Positions 12,007 through 24,054 of a stretch of 64,000 bases of DNA are shown here, piece by piece. The translations under genes and the position numbers were made by a program. The stretch's first letter is position 1. Every line of letters starts with the position of its first letter. The notes under the pieces were generated by a model that saw nothing but the letters and a program-made list of their open reading frames with translations, made no database searches and was not told where the DNA came from. Source of the stretch: Epiperipatus broadwayi (lineage: Eukaryota > Animalia > Onychophora); contig JAQFVV010000011.1 in the NCBI GenBank assembly GCA_028023455.1, positions 4,712,001-4,776,000 on the forward strand, written 5' to 3'.

Positions 12007-13119
12007 TAAGTAAATACTTTGTCCTATGTCCACGTTTGTTTCCTTGTGGTATATATATATTGGCAATCTAATTGGTTTCACCCCAGAATAAGTATAACTT
12101 TTAAATCATTCTAACTTATCTACTTTATCTTTTCTATCATTAATTAATCTGTTCGGATTCATAGATTTCCTAAAGTCAACATTAAGTTTCTGAGCACATA
12201 TTTCAATTTTATTTCTGATAGTCAGCACATAACTTACATCCGTTTCTTATCATTTCTAAATTTTTATTTTTTTGCACTTATTTATTTTAAAAAGCTCTGC
12301 ACAAATATATATCGTGGACATGGTTTCAATCTGGATATTGTTGAAGCAATTTGCAAAAAAAGAAATGATAGAAAGAGAGAAATAAAAGAAGTATATGGTT
12401 AATTGCACAAAAAGAATGGAGAATCCGAATTAAAATAAAAAACAATATATTTTTTGACGTCATTTAATAAAAATATTGAGGTATTATAATTTTGATGAGT
12501 AAAAACAGGAGACATTAGCATTGAAAATGTACTAAGTTTACTAAAATAAATATTAAATTATACACTCTGTTACAGTGTCTTTTATATTAGGTATAATTTT
12601 GACAGGGCTTCATATATAAATCAGTTAAATATAATATAAAATATCATTACATAATAGAAATAATTATATATATATTATAAAAATAATACAGAAAAGTTTT
12701 TTTAATTTAATAATATTTTAATAGAATGAAAAGTAAATGTTAAGACATTTAACGACAAAATTTATTAACGCTAAGTACTTTCGATAAAATCAGGTAACGT
12801 AATCATAGCAGAGAGAAGCGGATAGGGAATTGCATTCCATAAATAATGTCGAATTTCATTTCATTATCAAAACTTTATAAGTTTTAGTATTTAGAATTAT
12901 TTAATAAATAACTCCATTTATAAATAAAGTTAAATCTACAGCCAAGGTGTTTCAAAGTGCAACAATCAATGAAACCAATTCTTCAGGCCGAAAAAAGCAG
13001 TCGTAAACTTGTCCAAGTAAAGACGACTGTTTTTTTTAAGTACTCAAGTTTTTATGTATGAATTAACAGCTTAATCAAAAATGGTCATGGGCAATTTTAT
13101 TATTGTTTTTTTTTTTCAG

Positions 13120-13600
13120 CTTGCAGAATCGATCTTATTGGTTACTGCACTTTGAAATACCTAACTGTAGATTTAACTCCATGAAGTAATTTACCATATA
13201 TATACAGTTGTAACTATTTTGATTTTCAATGATAAAATTTTGTGTTTTGTTGAAGGCAATTAGAATAACTAGACAGTAGAATATTACAATCAACAAATAA
13301 CTTATAAGCATCTTCAGTAATAATTTTCCAGTGCTTACGATCTTTTTAACACCAATTCATTTAAGCATCTCAATTTAAATCTATTACAAAAACTTTAATA
13401 GGTCTTTACATTTACAAGATGCATAAACTTCTGTTCTACACATGCTAAAATCAATTTGTTAATTACATACCATAATTTAGTATTATCTTTTTTAATTCTC
13501 CCAAATATATTATCTTTCAACATATTATTCATCTTTTCTACATAATTCTTTTTATTTATCATTACCATTTTATTTCCTTTATCTGAATTTACTCAGAATC
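13120..13600 (-). pseudogene. Penelope-like element RT remnant
   Basis: Minus strand translates as VNSDKGNKMVMINKKNYVEKMNNMLKDN (DKG at 13575-13583), matching the PLE ADKG..VV..K.DY..KM..LL.D motif. A degenerate KVQ*PIRSI downstream resembles K.HK..P.RPI. Confidence 0.6.
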
Positions 13601-13924
13601 TACCTATACAGATCTACATACTATACTTATATTTATTCTCATACTCTTTAGACACTCCACTATTCCATAATACTCAATCTAAAGATGATCCTTTTCACAG
13701 AAATTAAATTAAGTGAACAGTTATACCCTATGTTAAAATTTAGTATAAATACTTGGGTTCTACATTCAAGCATTCAATGAGCCACAAGTGGTCAGTGGTA
13801 TAAAGACTCTCAGATGTGAAGGTTGCTACCTAAGAATACCTATTCATATCTCATTGGAAAAGATGTTGGTTTATCAAAGACTAGATGCTGTTTGCAGTCC
13901 AAATAACCTTTTCTGAAATCATCA

Positions 13925-14310
13925 AAACATCACTTGATCACCATTTTATATGCTTACACATGCTGTTAATAAGAGTATCCAACTCTCCATACAATAGTGC
14001 CACCAAGTGCAAACTTTCATAATCAATGGATGCAGGAAGATTTGTGCATAAAATCCCTATCTAGTGCCTATTCGTCTAACATCCCCAGACTAGTTTCTAG
14101 CTTGTACTGTATGGAGAATTTGAAAACTTTTTCTGACATCTCTGTGTTTGTTTGTCTTACAATTTTCAATTGCAGGAAGGTTTGTGCATAAAATCCCTAT
14201 CTAGTGCCTATTCACCCAATATCTCCAGACTAGTTTCTAGCTTGTACTGAATGGAAAGTTTGGTAACTTTTTCTGACATCTCTGTATTTTTTTGCCTTAC
14301 AATTTTCAGT
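13925..14310. mobile_element. HHR-B fragments with an internal inversion and a ~140-bp tandem duplication
   Basis: HHR-B sequence switches to the opposite-orientation end (tactgtatggag) at the stem II loop (about 14104 and 14245). 14030-14170 is repeated at 14171-14310. Confidence 0.75.
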
Positions 14311-15481
14311 TACTTAGTATAGAGTCCAGATATCGTAAGTATTTCAGGCTACTGAACATCTCCCTGTATTAATATTGTTTGGGAAATGTTTTTAATTCTT
14401 TAATTACCCACATAGAAATTATGGCATCAATATTTTCTTCTATTTTAGTTATGCACAAGCTTTTAGCTCTAAAAACAAAATTTCAGACACAAATATAAAA
14501 GTTTAGGAGCTTTAGTTTTAATTTTTTATATTATTATTTAAAATATATGTATTACAAAATGAAAAATTTTCTTTTATGTAAACTCTTCAAGACAAGAACA
14601 GAGGGCAGCACTTGTTTTTAAACAATTGTTAAGTTTTAAATTAATGCAATTTCTCAAGTTTTATATAAATATTGTTGAATTATGATGTTTTCCAATCTAT
14701 TTATTATTGTACCCTCAGAATATCCAACAATCTGTACTTGTAAATGCACATGTAATATGAATACCTTTACATAATGGATTTTTTAAAATCATAATTAGAT
14801 CATTAGATGCTAATGTTTTTAGAGTGTATCTATATCTAAATTCTTTTATAGTGCTTTTTTTATTTAAATTTGTACTATAGTAAATTTGTATATTGTGCAA
14901 AAATGTAATAATAGAGACCATTTGATTTTAAAGTGTGAATACCATTATTTCTGATAATTTTGTTCCAAAGTTTACTGTTTCTATTAATATGTGCATTAAA
15001 ATCTTCAAAAAGAATTTTTTTAAAAATGATCCTGATATGATAATTCAATACAACTAAGAATAAAGATTTTGTTTTTTAAACTCTCTGAAACTAATGTTGG
15101 CATAAGCACTAATGGAATGGTTCCAGCTATCACTGCCCAACCCATATTTTAATATCAGCCTTTCATTAACACATATAGAAATTCCAAGAATAAAATATAT
15201 TGAATTAAGTGTCATAGCAAATCAAATGGACTTTTGATGCTTGAGGTAAATGAAACTATGTTCATAGTTATCAATAGCTCTTCTGTATAGATAACAATGT
15301 TGAGAGATATATTTGGAGCAGAAGTTCGGTGGCTATGCATTTGAACCTTTCCCTGATTCTATTTCATGTATAAAACATGATGCCAAATGTGAAATCAAGG
15401 AAGCCTAGCTTACAGTTAATAACATCCATGTTATAAAATGAAAGAAATTATGCTTTCCTCTCTCCAAGAAATGGACTCTTT

Positions 15482-15592
15482 TTTTTTTTTCCATATGTCA
15501 TAGCATCGGCCGGGACGCGAACCCACAACCGTCTGCAACCAACTACTTGCTTGCATGGTGGCTGCGATACCTCTCGGCTAACAACGCAAGAC
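15482..15592 (-). mobile_element. tRNA-derived SINE with 14-bp TSD
   Basis: A-box-like TAGCCGAGAGG, B-box-like GGTTCGCGTCC and an A tail. GAAATGGACTCTTT is duplicated at 15468-15481 and 15593-15606. Confidence 0.88.
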
Positions 15593-16586
15593 GAAATGGA
15601 CTCTTTAATTCACAATTTGCATATTTTTGAATATCTGTTGCTTATATATTCCATCTTTTCTCAGATAACTCTTTGTCTATGATTATGAGGATATAGAAAT
15701 TCCACATAACTTGCTAAGCAACTAATATTATAATTCTTAGTTTAGTTTCACCATTAACTACATGTCAGTGCATATAGATAAATTTATTGTTCGTTTAAGG
15801 CAAGTTTACTATTTTTATTATAACTTGATTATGTATTTGACTCAGTTAATCAAATAAGTTTGCAATTGATATTCGAAATTGGTTTATAATACAGTGAGTT
15901 GATTCATATTAACAGTTTCTATATGATGGAAGAGAGAAACTTATTGATGCGGATAGAAAATCTGAAGCATTTGAAAGGAAAATTGATATTAAACAAGAAT
16001 GCGTACCAACGCATACTTTTTTACAGCATTAATCTTTGAAACAATTCACAGATGGTTTTATAAAATGGATATCAAAATGTGTACAAGTTTAATTGTGAAA
16101 TTATCTTAATTTGAATTAATTAAAAGCAAAAACCAAAACTTCACCTTCTTGAATTCTGAATTTATTATAGGCTGATGATTGTACCATTTTTGTTAGTTAA
16201 AAAGATGATTTGTAAATGTATTTAATATTTTAAATGCAGCAAATAAAGATTTTGGTTTACTAATTAATTGTCAGCCAGTGATGGAGTTAAAATGATCATA
16301 CTCATATATAATGGATGCTAAAGATAATGACAATATATATTAAGAGTGATACAATTATTTATTTATTATACCTCTTCACAAAGTAATAAAGGCAGATAGA
16401 AACCAGTCCCAATTTGTATGAGAATGGTGTAGTAAAACTTACACTATAGAAATAGTGCTCACTAAGAGGGTAATCTCTAGTCTTATGAATGACTAATAAA
16501 AAATATTCATATACTTCCATCAAGTAGTTTGTGTTAAAGTTGTGAGAACAGTAACTTTGACACATCAATTAAACTGTCATAATAGG

Positions 16587-16587
<1 letters not shown>

Positions 16588-16674
<87 letters not shown>
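16588..16674. repeat. (TA)n microsatellite inside HHR-C unit 1
   Basis: About 43 TA units; the second unit has only tatatata at the equivalent position. Confidence 0.97.
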
Positions 16675-16677
<3 letters not shown>

Positions 16678-16715
16678 GAACAATGATAAAGATATGTGTA
16701 AGAGATTGGTCTGGG

Positions 16716-16757
16716 CCAACTGATGAATGCTAGTTCAGCATGAAATGTACATCTTGG
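16716..16757 (+). ncRNA. Minimal type I hammerhead ribozyme (HHR-C)
   Basis: CCAA-CTGATGA-ATGCT AGTTC AGCAT-GAAA-TGTACA-TC-TTGG. Stem III lies in the perfect palindrome ATGTACAT. Predicted cleavage after C16753. Confidence 0.82.
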
Positions 16758-17230
16758 GGATCATAAATCTTTTTCATATATCTTCGATCATATGCTTATG
16801 ATTACACCCAACAGCAAGATGTTAAAAGCAGATAGAAAACATTCCCTGCCTTATGTGAGGGTGATGTATGAAAATTACACTACACAAATATTGTTCATTA
16901 AATGGATAATCTTTAGTCTAATGAATGACTAATAAAAATTATTAATATGCTTTCATCAAGTAATTTGTTTCTAAGTTGTGAGGGCAGTAGGTTTGACACA
17001 TTAATTAAACAATAGTTATTCCTTATATATACATCCTGAACAAAGATATAGATATATGTAAGAGATTGTGATCTGAGCGAACTGATTAATGCTGTTTCAG
17101 AATAAAATGTACATTTGGGGGATCATGCATCTTTTTCATATCTTTGGACATATGTTTATTATTATACCCCTCCACAAGGTGTTAAAAATAAATAAAAACC
17201 AGCCCCTACCTTGCATGAGAGGGATATAGC

Positions 17231-18511
17231 AAAAAAAAAGATATTAGAAATTACAGACCAATCAGCTTTTTATCAGTTTTATAGAAAATTTTTACCAAGA
17301 TAATTACAACTCGTCCACAGGGAACATTGGATTTCCACCAACCAAGAGAACAAGCTGGATTTAAAAGTGGTTTTAGTACAGTAGATCATATCCAGGTATT
17401 GAGAGAAGTTATAGAAAAGACAAATGAATATGAGTTACCATTATGCTTTGGATTTGTAGGTTATGAAAAGGCATTTGATTCTATAAACATTTCTTCAGTG
17501 ATTAAAGCATTGGATCATCAAGGTATAGATTCAGGATATTGTCATATTTTAAAGAATATTTATAAAAATCCAACAACAGTAATTAGATTACATAATGCTA
17601 CTGGGAAAGTCAACATTGAGAAAGATGTAAGACAGGGTGACTCAATATCTCCAAAACTTTTTATAGCAGTGCTGCAAGAAGTATTTTGTGGATTAAAATG
17701 GGAATCTAAAGGAGTGAAAGTAAATGGAGATTATTTAAGTCATTTAGATTTTGCAGATGATGTAGTTGTTTTTGCAAATAATGCTTCAGAGCTGCAGGAA
17801 ATGTTGCAGGAATTATCAGATGAAAGTAGGACCAAAGATAAATGTTAAAAAGACTAAAGTAATGTTTACTGGATTTTTTTCTAAATATGAAAATAAAGAT
17901 TGATTATGAAGAGTTAGAAAAAGTTAACAGCTACAAATACCTTGGTCAGATTATTAATACAGATGGAAATATAATGCGTGAAATTAATCACAGATTTAAA
18001 CTTGGAGTGCTTTTGATAGAAATAACTTGATACTAAAAGAAAATATGACTATGTGTTTGAAAGGGAAAGTTTTTTAATAAATGTGTTTTAGCAGTTCTTA
18101 CTTATGGATCTGAGACTTGGACACTTGATAGAAGAATAATGCAGAGACTTCAGACCATTCAAACAAGTATGGAAAGATGCATGTTGGGAGTAACAAGAAG
18201 AGATCAAAAATGCAAAATATGGGTAAGAGAACAAACAGGTATTACTGATCTTTTGAAAAAATTAAAAGACAAATGGAGTTGGGCTGGACATATTGCTAGA
18301 AGAGATGATAATAGATGGACAATTGAAATCTTAAACTGGATTCCAAGAGATTGTAAAAGATTCAGAAAGAAACCACATGTGAGATGGATGAATGAAGTAA
18401 GAAAGTGCAGGGGTGATGTGGAGAAGAAAAGCTAAAGATCAGAAAAGATGGATTGAACTTGGAGAGACCTTCATCCTGCAGTGGATTGATAATGTTTGAT
18501 GATGATGATGA
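17231..18511 (+). mobile_element. 5'-truncated RTE LINE (RT to 3' tail)
   Basis: ORFs 17327-17848 (QPREQAGF, VRQGDSISPKLF, LDFADD) and 18139-18435, plus a (GAT)n tail. Confidence 0.93.
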
Positions 18512-19429
18512 CTCCAAGGAAATAATATGATATATTTATTGTGATGCAAACATATTTGACTGTATGCCAAACTATATAATTTCTTTCATTTTATCTTTTG
18601 TAAAAATGATAGGAATATCATTTAAAAATATAACTTTTAAATGGAAAATATATGTGGATAAAAGCATCAATCCTATTTTATTTTACTCACATCTCCTTTA
18701 TTAATAAATAGTATCAGTGGATTAGATAAAATATATATGCTGTACTGCCTTTTAAATAAATACATAAAAAAATAAAGCGACATTTAAATAGTTCTCTTCA
18801 CCAATCCTTCACAAAGAAATAGAAAGTCTAAACAATATTTCCATACTTGTTTACCTTTTAGTGAAAAAAAGTTAGATATGATTTTTATTTAAAATAATTA
18901 AATGAATTCTCAGAAATCATAAGACGTTTGAGCACTAGATTGGAATCAATTTGAGAACTTTATGCTCCAGTGTTGACACATTACCACTGCATTAAATTAC
19001 GCAGGGCATCATTTTATTAAAATTGGATAATTGTTTGGCTGTGATTCGTCTATCTGAAAGACAAATTCTAAGACTTATTTGGAATCTAGGTAAAAAAGCT
19101 CAAATTTATTTAATTAGCCATATTGCGTTGAAATGGATATATATATCATGACCCTTTTTTAATGTATATTTTCATGATTATAATATTATTCTTAATATAT
19201 TTTCAAAAATCTTTTCGATGCAACTTTTTGTAATGACGCATATTTTCTTATAGTGTATAATTTTTCATATATTAAAAAATGGTTTCACTACCATTTATAA
19301 ATAATGAGTTTCATTAAATATACTTTGAAATCTTATTATGTCAGCATTTTTGGACAATTATTTTCTTATATGCTAAATAACTTTAATATTATAAATCATT
19401 TATATGTTTCCTGAAGGTTTGTGGTAATG

Positions 19430-19770
19430 GTATTTTAATTGTATTTATATATTGGACTATTCCCATCATCTAATATAAATATTGACTATCTTTGGAATTT
19501 TTTTTCTCATGTGTCATAGCATCAGCCGGGTAGCGAACCCGCTAACTCGGGACAACTGCTTGTAAAGCAGACGTCGCTGACCTCTCGACCACCAATGGAA
19601 AAATTTGATTTTATTTAAATATTCCAAATACATTCAACTGTTAAAAAAGCATAGTTGAATGTATTTGGAATATTTAAGATATTTAAATAAAGTTAAATTT
19701 TTCTAAAGACATTCAATACTTATATTAGATGATGAAAATAGTGCAATATATAAATACATTTACGTCTGTA
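19430..19770. repeat. Palindromic repeat element upstream of the VWC exon, interrupted by a SINE
   Basis: About 19430-19495 is the inverse of about 19690-19770. Perfect 25-bp inverted repeat at 19615-19639 / 19653-19677. Related sequence at 39082-39240. Confidence 0.65.
19497..19595 (-). mobile_element. tRNA-derived SINE (second subfamily)
   Basis: GGTGGTCGAGAGG A-box-like and GGTTCGCTACC B-box-like motifs. Shares the 3' end gatgctatgacacatgagaaaa with the copy at 23539. Confidence 0.82.
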
Positions 19771-19812
19771 TATGAGTATGTGTGTACATTATGTGAGTTC
19801 TTGGAAGTGGGC

Positions 19813-19995
19813 ATGTGTTTTATACAATTTACTGTTACTGCAATATTTGAACTATCAATATTTATTTTATTAGTTATTGGTGCACGCACAGAGACTTGCA
19901 CGTTTTCAGGGGAGAGTTACAGTGCCGGAGAGAGTTGGAAACCTCTTTTGATCAATCAAGGTTCCGCTTACTGCATTAACTGTACTTGTCTGCAG
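19813..19995 (+). CDS. Exon of a secreted VWC-domain (chordin-like/CHRDL-type BMP-binding) protein: signal peptide plus N-terminal half of a VWC module
   Basis: MCFIQFTVTAIFELSIFILLVIGARTETCTFSGESYSAGESWKPLLINQGSAYCINCTCLQ matches C.F....Y..GE.W.P.L...G..YC.NC.C. Consensus donor CAG|GTAAGT at 19995/19996. An alternative acceptor (ttttattag) would start the exon at 19874. Later exons were not found. Confidence 0.8.
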
Positions 19996-20258
19996 GTAAG
20001 TTCTTTGTCAGTACTTATATATATATGCAAGTTTGTTTTTTATCAATGTATCTTTCTTAGCGCAATTCTATCACAACCATTCGTCAGTCCAGAAATCAAA
20101 CTAACCCCTCACACTATAAATAATTTGAAAATACAATTTTTACTAATAAGTTTTTAAGTAAGCTATATAGCACTTAACAATTTAACTTCATTTAGATATT
20201 AGTTTAGAGTTACTTAAGCTTAATTTCATATAATGTGTATTTAAATATATTTTGTCAA

Positions 20259-20366
20259 GCGTTGTTAGCCGAGAAGTCAGCGCAGCCGCCTTGCAAGCAA
20301 GTAGTTAGTTGTAGATGGTTGTTGCGGGTTCGCCTCCTGGCCGATGCTATGACATATGGAAAATAT
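20259..20366 (+). mobile_element. tRNA-derived SINE (same subfamily as 15482)
   Basis: gcgttgttagccgagaag...gggttcgcctcctggccgatgctatgacatatggaaaa. Confidence 0.85.
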
Positions 20367-20374
20367 ATATATAT

Positions 20375-20520
20375 TTGGAACTTCTATACCACGTGATCAA
20401 AGACATGTGAAAAGGATAAATGATCCCCAAGATGTGCATTTTATGTGGAAGCAGTAGTCATCAGTGGACCCAGATCACAATCTCTTTCACATATCTTTAT
20501 CATTTGTTCGATTTATATAT
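20375..20520 (-). mobile_element. HHR-C fragment with decayed ribozyme (20427-20468)
   Basis: Minus strand reads gattgtgatctgggtccaCTGATGA...AAAATGCACATCTTGGGGatcat and aligns to 16700-16790. Confidence 0.72.
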
Positions 20521-21109
20521 AGATAGAAATTACTATATGTTTAAAATGTTATAGTTCTTTACATTTATTTTTTTAACGTTATATTTTATAAAATAAATGA
20601 TTAAACTATATTCGTTTATTTTTTTCTTCTTTTATTTATTTTTTGACTTTATAATTGCAACATAGGATTCTCACTCCCATACCAAAAATAACAAAAATGT
20701 CATGCACAGCTATAAATATATTTATTAGACTAATCCACTGCGTACTAAAAGCAGACTAGACAGCAAAGGGATGATATTTTGTTTATATATATTTAATAAA
20801 AATTGAATCAATTTTTTTTTTACTAATTAATTACTATAAAACTTTGCTATAAATGTAGGAAACATTCTAAGCTCTATATATTTTCATACCAATCAAAGTG
20901 GAAAAGTTTGTATGTGGTAATAAAGCAAGATACAAAAGAAGCAATAGTTTAACAATGAGAATCTTTTATCTTGGGGAATTGGTTCACTGATAATTTAACT
21001 CATTATAGCACAAAGGGTTCTTGGATTTATTCTCAGCAAAGAAATATGAAGAGGGAGAAAGATTCAATTGGCACAAGTGAAGTGAATTTGTTGCACTATA
21101 TAACTTTTA

Positions 21110-21378
21110 TGCTTTAACAGTCAATTGAGTACTAAATTATTTAATAGGATGATGGCCCTAAGTGTCATGTGATGAGAAGCAGTTGGTAATTAGTTTTTCA
21201 AAGCATTGTAAAGATTGGTATATTTCAAAAACATGCTTTGACAGTCAGTTGAGTACTAAGTTATGTGACAGGATGATCGACCTTTACAGTAAGCTATGAA
21301 ATAAGTGCCATGTGATGAAAAGTAGTTTGAAATTAGTTTTTCAAAGCATAGAAAAGATTGGTATATTGCAAAAATATA
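21110..21378 (+). repeat. Tandem dimer of ~125-145 bp
   Basis: tgcttt(a/g)acagtca(a/g)ttgagtactaa...attagtttttcaaagcat...aaagattggtatatt occurs twice in tandem. Confidence 0.8.
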
Positions 21379-22049
21379 TTAGATTTCTAATAATTGATTT
21401 TCAACTGATAAAATAAAATCTTGAATTGCCATTAGCTTATATCCCTGCTTAGAAAATGTTAGTGAAGACTTACTTTATAACATTATAGTAGCAGATCAAT
21501 TATCATACACTCACAAGTAATAAAAAATGGTAGCATTACCCTGTCAACTACTGTTAGACCTGCTAACTTCCACTTAAAACTGAAAAATTACAATAATTTT
21601 ACTACATTCTTACACTTTGATATAGTTATATTAAACTTTCTTATAAATTACACGTCATCGGCACAATTATATGAAAATGGGGGTGAGAAAAATGAATTAA
21701 CTTTTGATTGAGATAGAGCTTGATAGAGGCCACTACTGTTTTATATTCCTTTTTTTAAAAAAATCCATTATTTAAATTCATATCTTATTTTAACACTTTT
21801 GTGTTTACATTAGGATGAAAAAGTAAAGAAGTATATTTTTATTAGTAGTTTGATTATATACAAACAACAATATATAAAAAAAAGATTATACCTAGTTATA
21901 AATAAATAAACCGTTAAAAATTATAAATACATTGTAGTAATGTGTAATTTTTTTTAGAGATCACTACAGATATATCATACATTGTTCATAAAAGACTATC
22001 ATTATTGGTTGTCTGTCAAAAGATAGTCCCTCAAGCTAACCTGACTATA

Positions 22050-22480
22050 AGCCTTACCGCCTTTTGCTATACTTTTCAAAAATTATTTTGTGAACCATTA
22101 AGATCATCAATCAACTTTTTCTTTTATCTGTATTATAATAACTTCTATGATATTTGCAATTTCATAATTTATTTTACTTTACGTATATATACAATCCAAT
22201 TACATACTCTTCAGTTTCCAATAATTTTATTTTTTTCATATACTATTTTCATTATTTCAGCATTTCTTATCTTATTTTTTTGACTAATATTTTCCATTTT
22301 TATTCCAAACTCATATCATTAAGTCTTCATTTTTTGTTTGCATTTTCGTGTCTGCTCCATATAAATCTATATTCTAACCAAAGCCTATTTCTCATATCTA
22401 ATTTTGATAATATACAGAACAACCTATTTAGCTTTTGTAACTTTCAATCTAATCTCTTTATTAATATTTCTTATAGTTTC
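22050..22480 (-). mobile_element. Highly decayed LINE (RTE-like) C-terminal remnant
   Basis: Minus-strand KNKIRNAEIMKIVYEKIKLLET resembles the KIRNEEVL..V.E...LL motif that follows the RT domain. Confidence 0.4.
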
Positions 22481-23334
22481 AGTTATAAATTAGATTTAAA
22501 TTTTAAATAGTAAGATCAATCAAAAGTTTACAATTTTCTCTAGTTATTGAAAAATATCCCAAGCATACCTGGAAATTCTTCTGCATAAAGATGATGTTCA
22601 TTGTACACAATGTAAGACTTCCATAAATTGTCTTGTTTTAGTTCTATTATTTTTAAAAATGGATTTCTCTCAAGGGCCAATGGCCAATTTTATATTATGT
22701 TCTGATTACCCATGACAAACATCAATGTAATCGTAATATTTAGTTATATTAGTTTGATGTTAAATATAATCATAATTACAAATGACGTGCCATATCATGA
22801 ATAAAAGATAAGTAATATAGAATTGTATGTTTATACTAGAGGAGAATATTAGGCTCACATTTCTTTATTTTTTATATTTATTTATAAGGAGTACAAATAG
22901 GAATACTTGGTCATGTGATATGTATGATTCTAACTATTTCTTTTTCTTATTCTTCTTTTAATATATTTCATTAATAAAACGTTCGTAACAGATTTGGCTT
23001 TTTCAGTATAGGCTAGTTTAGAAGTAAGAATTGGAAAAATGTTATGAAATGAATTAAAAGGTTAAATAATTTTATTTATTTTAATTTTTAAATTATTATT
23101 TTTTATTTAATTACAATTATTATTCGACATGTGTGATGGATAGTTAAATATTTTGTGATTCAATCTTGTAATGAATAAAATTATAATTTTATAAAACAAA
23201 TCCTTGATTGATTCCTTTCATCAATTAATGGTATAATGTATTAGAATGTGTGTGGAAAAAGTTTTTCAGTATATTTGTGATACGGATTACGTGATTGTAC
23301 TCGATGTGAAACAAGAGCTTATAATTTCAATAAT

Positions 23335-23475
23335 GAATAAAATTTCTGTAGTGTAATTTTCTCTACACCACTCTCATAATCAAGGTAATACTGGTTTCTA
23401 TCCACTTCTATCACAAACCAGTTCCTATCTTGCATGAGAGTGATTATTGGATAATCTCTAGTCTAAAGAATGATC
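23335..23475. mobile_element. HHR-C fragments joined in inverted orientation
   Basis: 23335-23405 is the reverse complement of the HHR-C unit start (16388-16460). 23415-23475 matches the same family in forward orientation. Confidence 0.6.
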
Positions 23476-23538
23476 TTATAATTTCACTTTGATTTAGAGG
23501 TATATTTATTTGTAGGTATTTGATTTTTTTTAAAAAAT

Positions 23539-23632
23539 TGTCGAGAGGTGAGCGACAGCTGCTTTGCAAGCAGTTGTCCCGGGTTAGCGGGTTCGCTTCT
23601 CGGCTGATGCTATGACACATGAGAAAAAAAAA
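23539..23632 (+). mobile_element. tRNA-derived SINE, 5'-truncated
   Basis: Anticodon-like arm CTGC-TTTGCAA-GCAG (UGC, Ala-like), B-box-like GGTTCGCTTCT and an A tail. Confidence 0.82.
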
Positions 23633-23799
23633 GCACGAATTTGATGTCGTGTATTAGTTTTTTCTAATTAATAACAAATCATCAACTTTGGGCCTCACCC
23701 CTATTAGAGATTAAATATTTATAATATATTAAAAATGATAATTAGCTTTAATATTATATTTATTTATAATATTTGAATACAAGTACATACGCTTGATGT

Positions 23800-23958
23800 A
23801 ATTAGAGGTGATTTGAACACAAAATTCCAACTTCCCTTCAGTCATCCACTCCATTTTATACAACTAACACACGTGACCACATAATATGAAAAAGACAAAT
23901 GATTTCCAATATATGTATTTTGTGCTAAACCAGCACTCATCACTTGGTTTGGAATATC

Positions 23959-24054
<96 letters not shown>

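Larger units (their letters stand above)
16385..17228 (+). mobile_element. HHR-C: head-to-tail tandem of ~360-bp ribozyme-bearing units (just over 2 copies)
   Basis: Unit starts recur at about 16385, 16823 and 17183. Ribozyme motifs at 16716-16757 (intact core) and 17077-17120 (decayed). Confidence 0.82.

Noticed and set aside
13290-13320. CTGAAGA on the minus strand as a hammerhead
   Set aside because: No stem II followed by GAAA, and it lies inside the PLE RT remnant.
14030-14310. Short recurring repeats as a CRISPR array (also 31087 and 63370)
   Set aside because: No regular repeat-unique spacer pattern, no cas genes, and a eukaryotic context.
16534-16733. ORFs with IYIY runs (also 23944-24132 and 54600-54842)
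   Set aside because: Translations of (TA)n and (CA)n microsatellites.
21165-21225. GTGATGAGAAGC...TTTTCAAAGC as a decayed hammerhead in the tandem dimer
   Set aside because: Both copies lack C3 and G12, and no stem I pairing can be drawn.
22572-22640. DDVHCTQCKTSINC as the next VWC exon
   Set aside because: Cysteine spacing does not fit, there is no CC-x-x-C, and no good splice sites.
15482-23632. SINE heads as functional tRNA genes
   Set aside because: No pairable acceptor stem, altered T-loops, and poly(A) tails with a TSD indicate retroposed SINEs.
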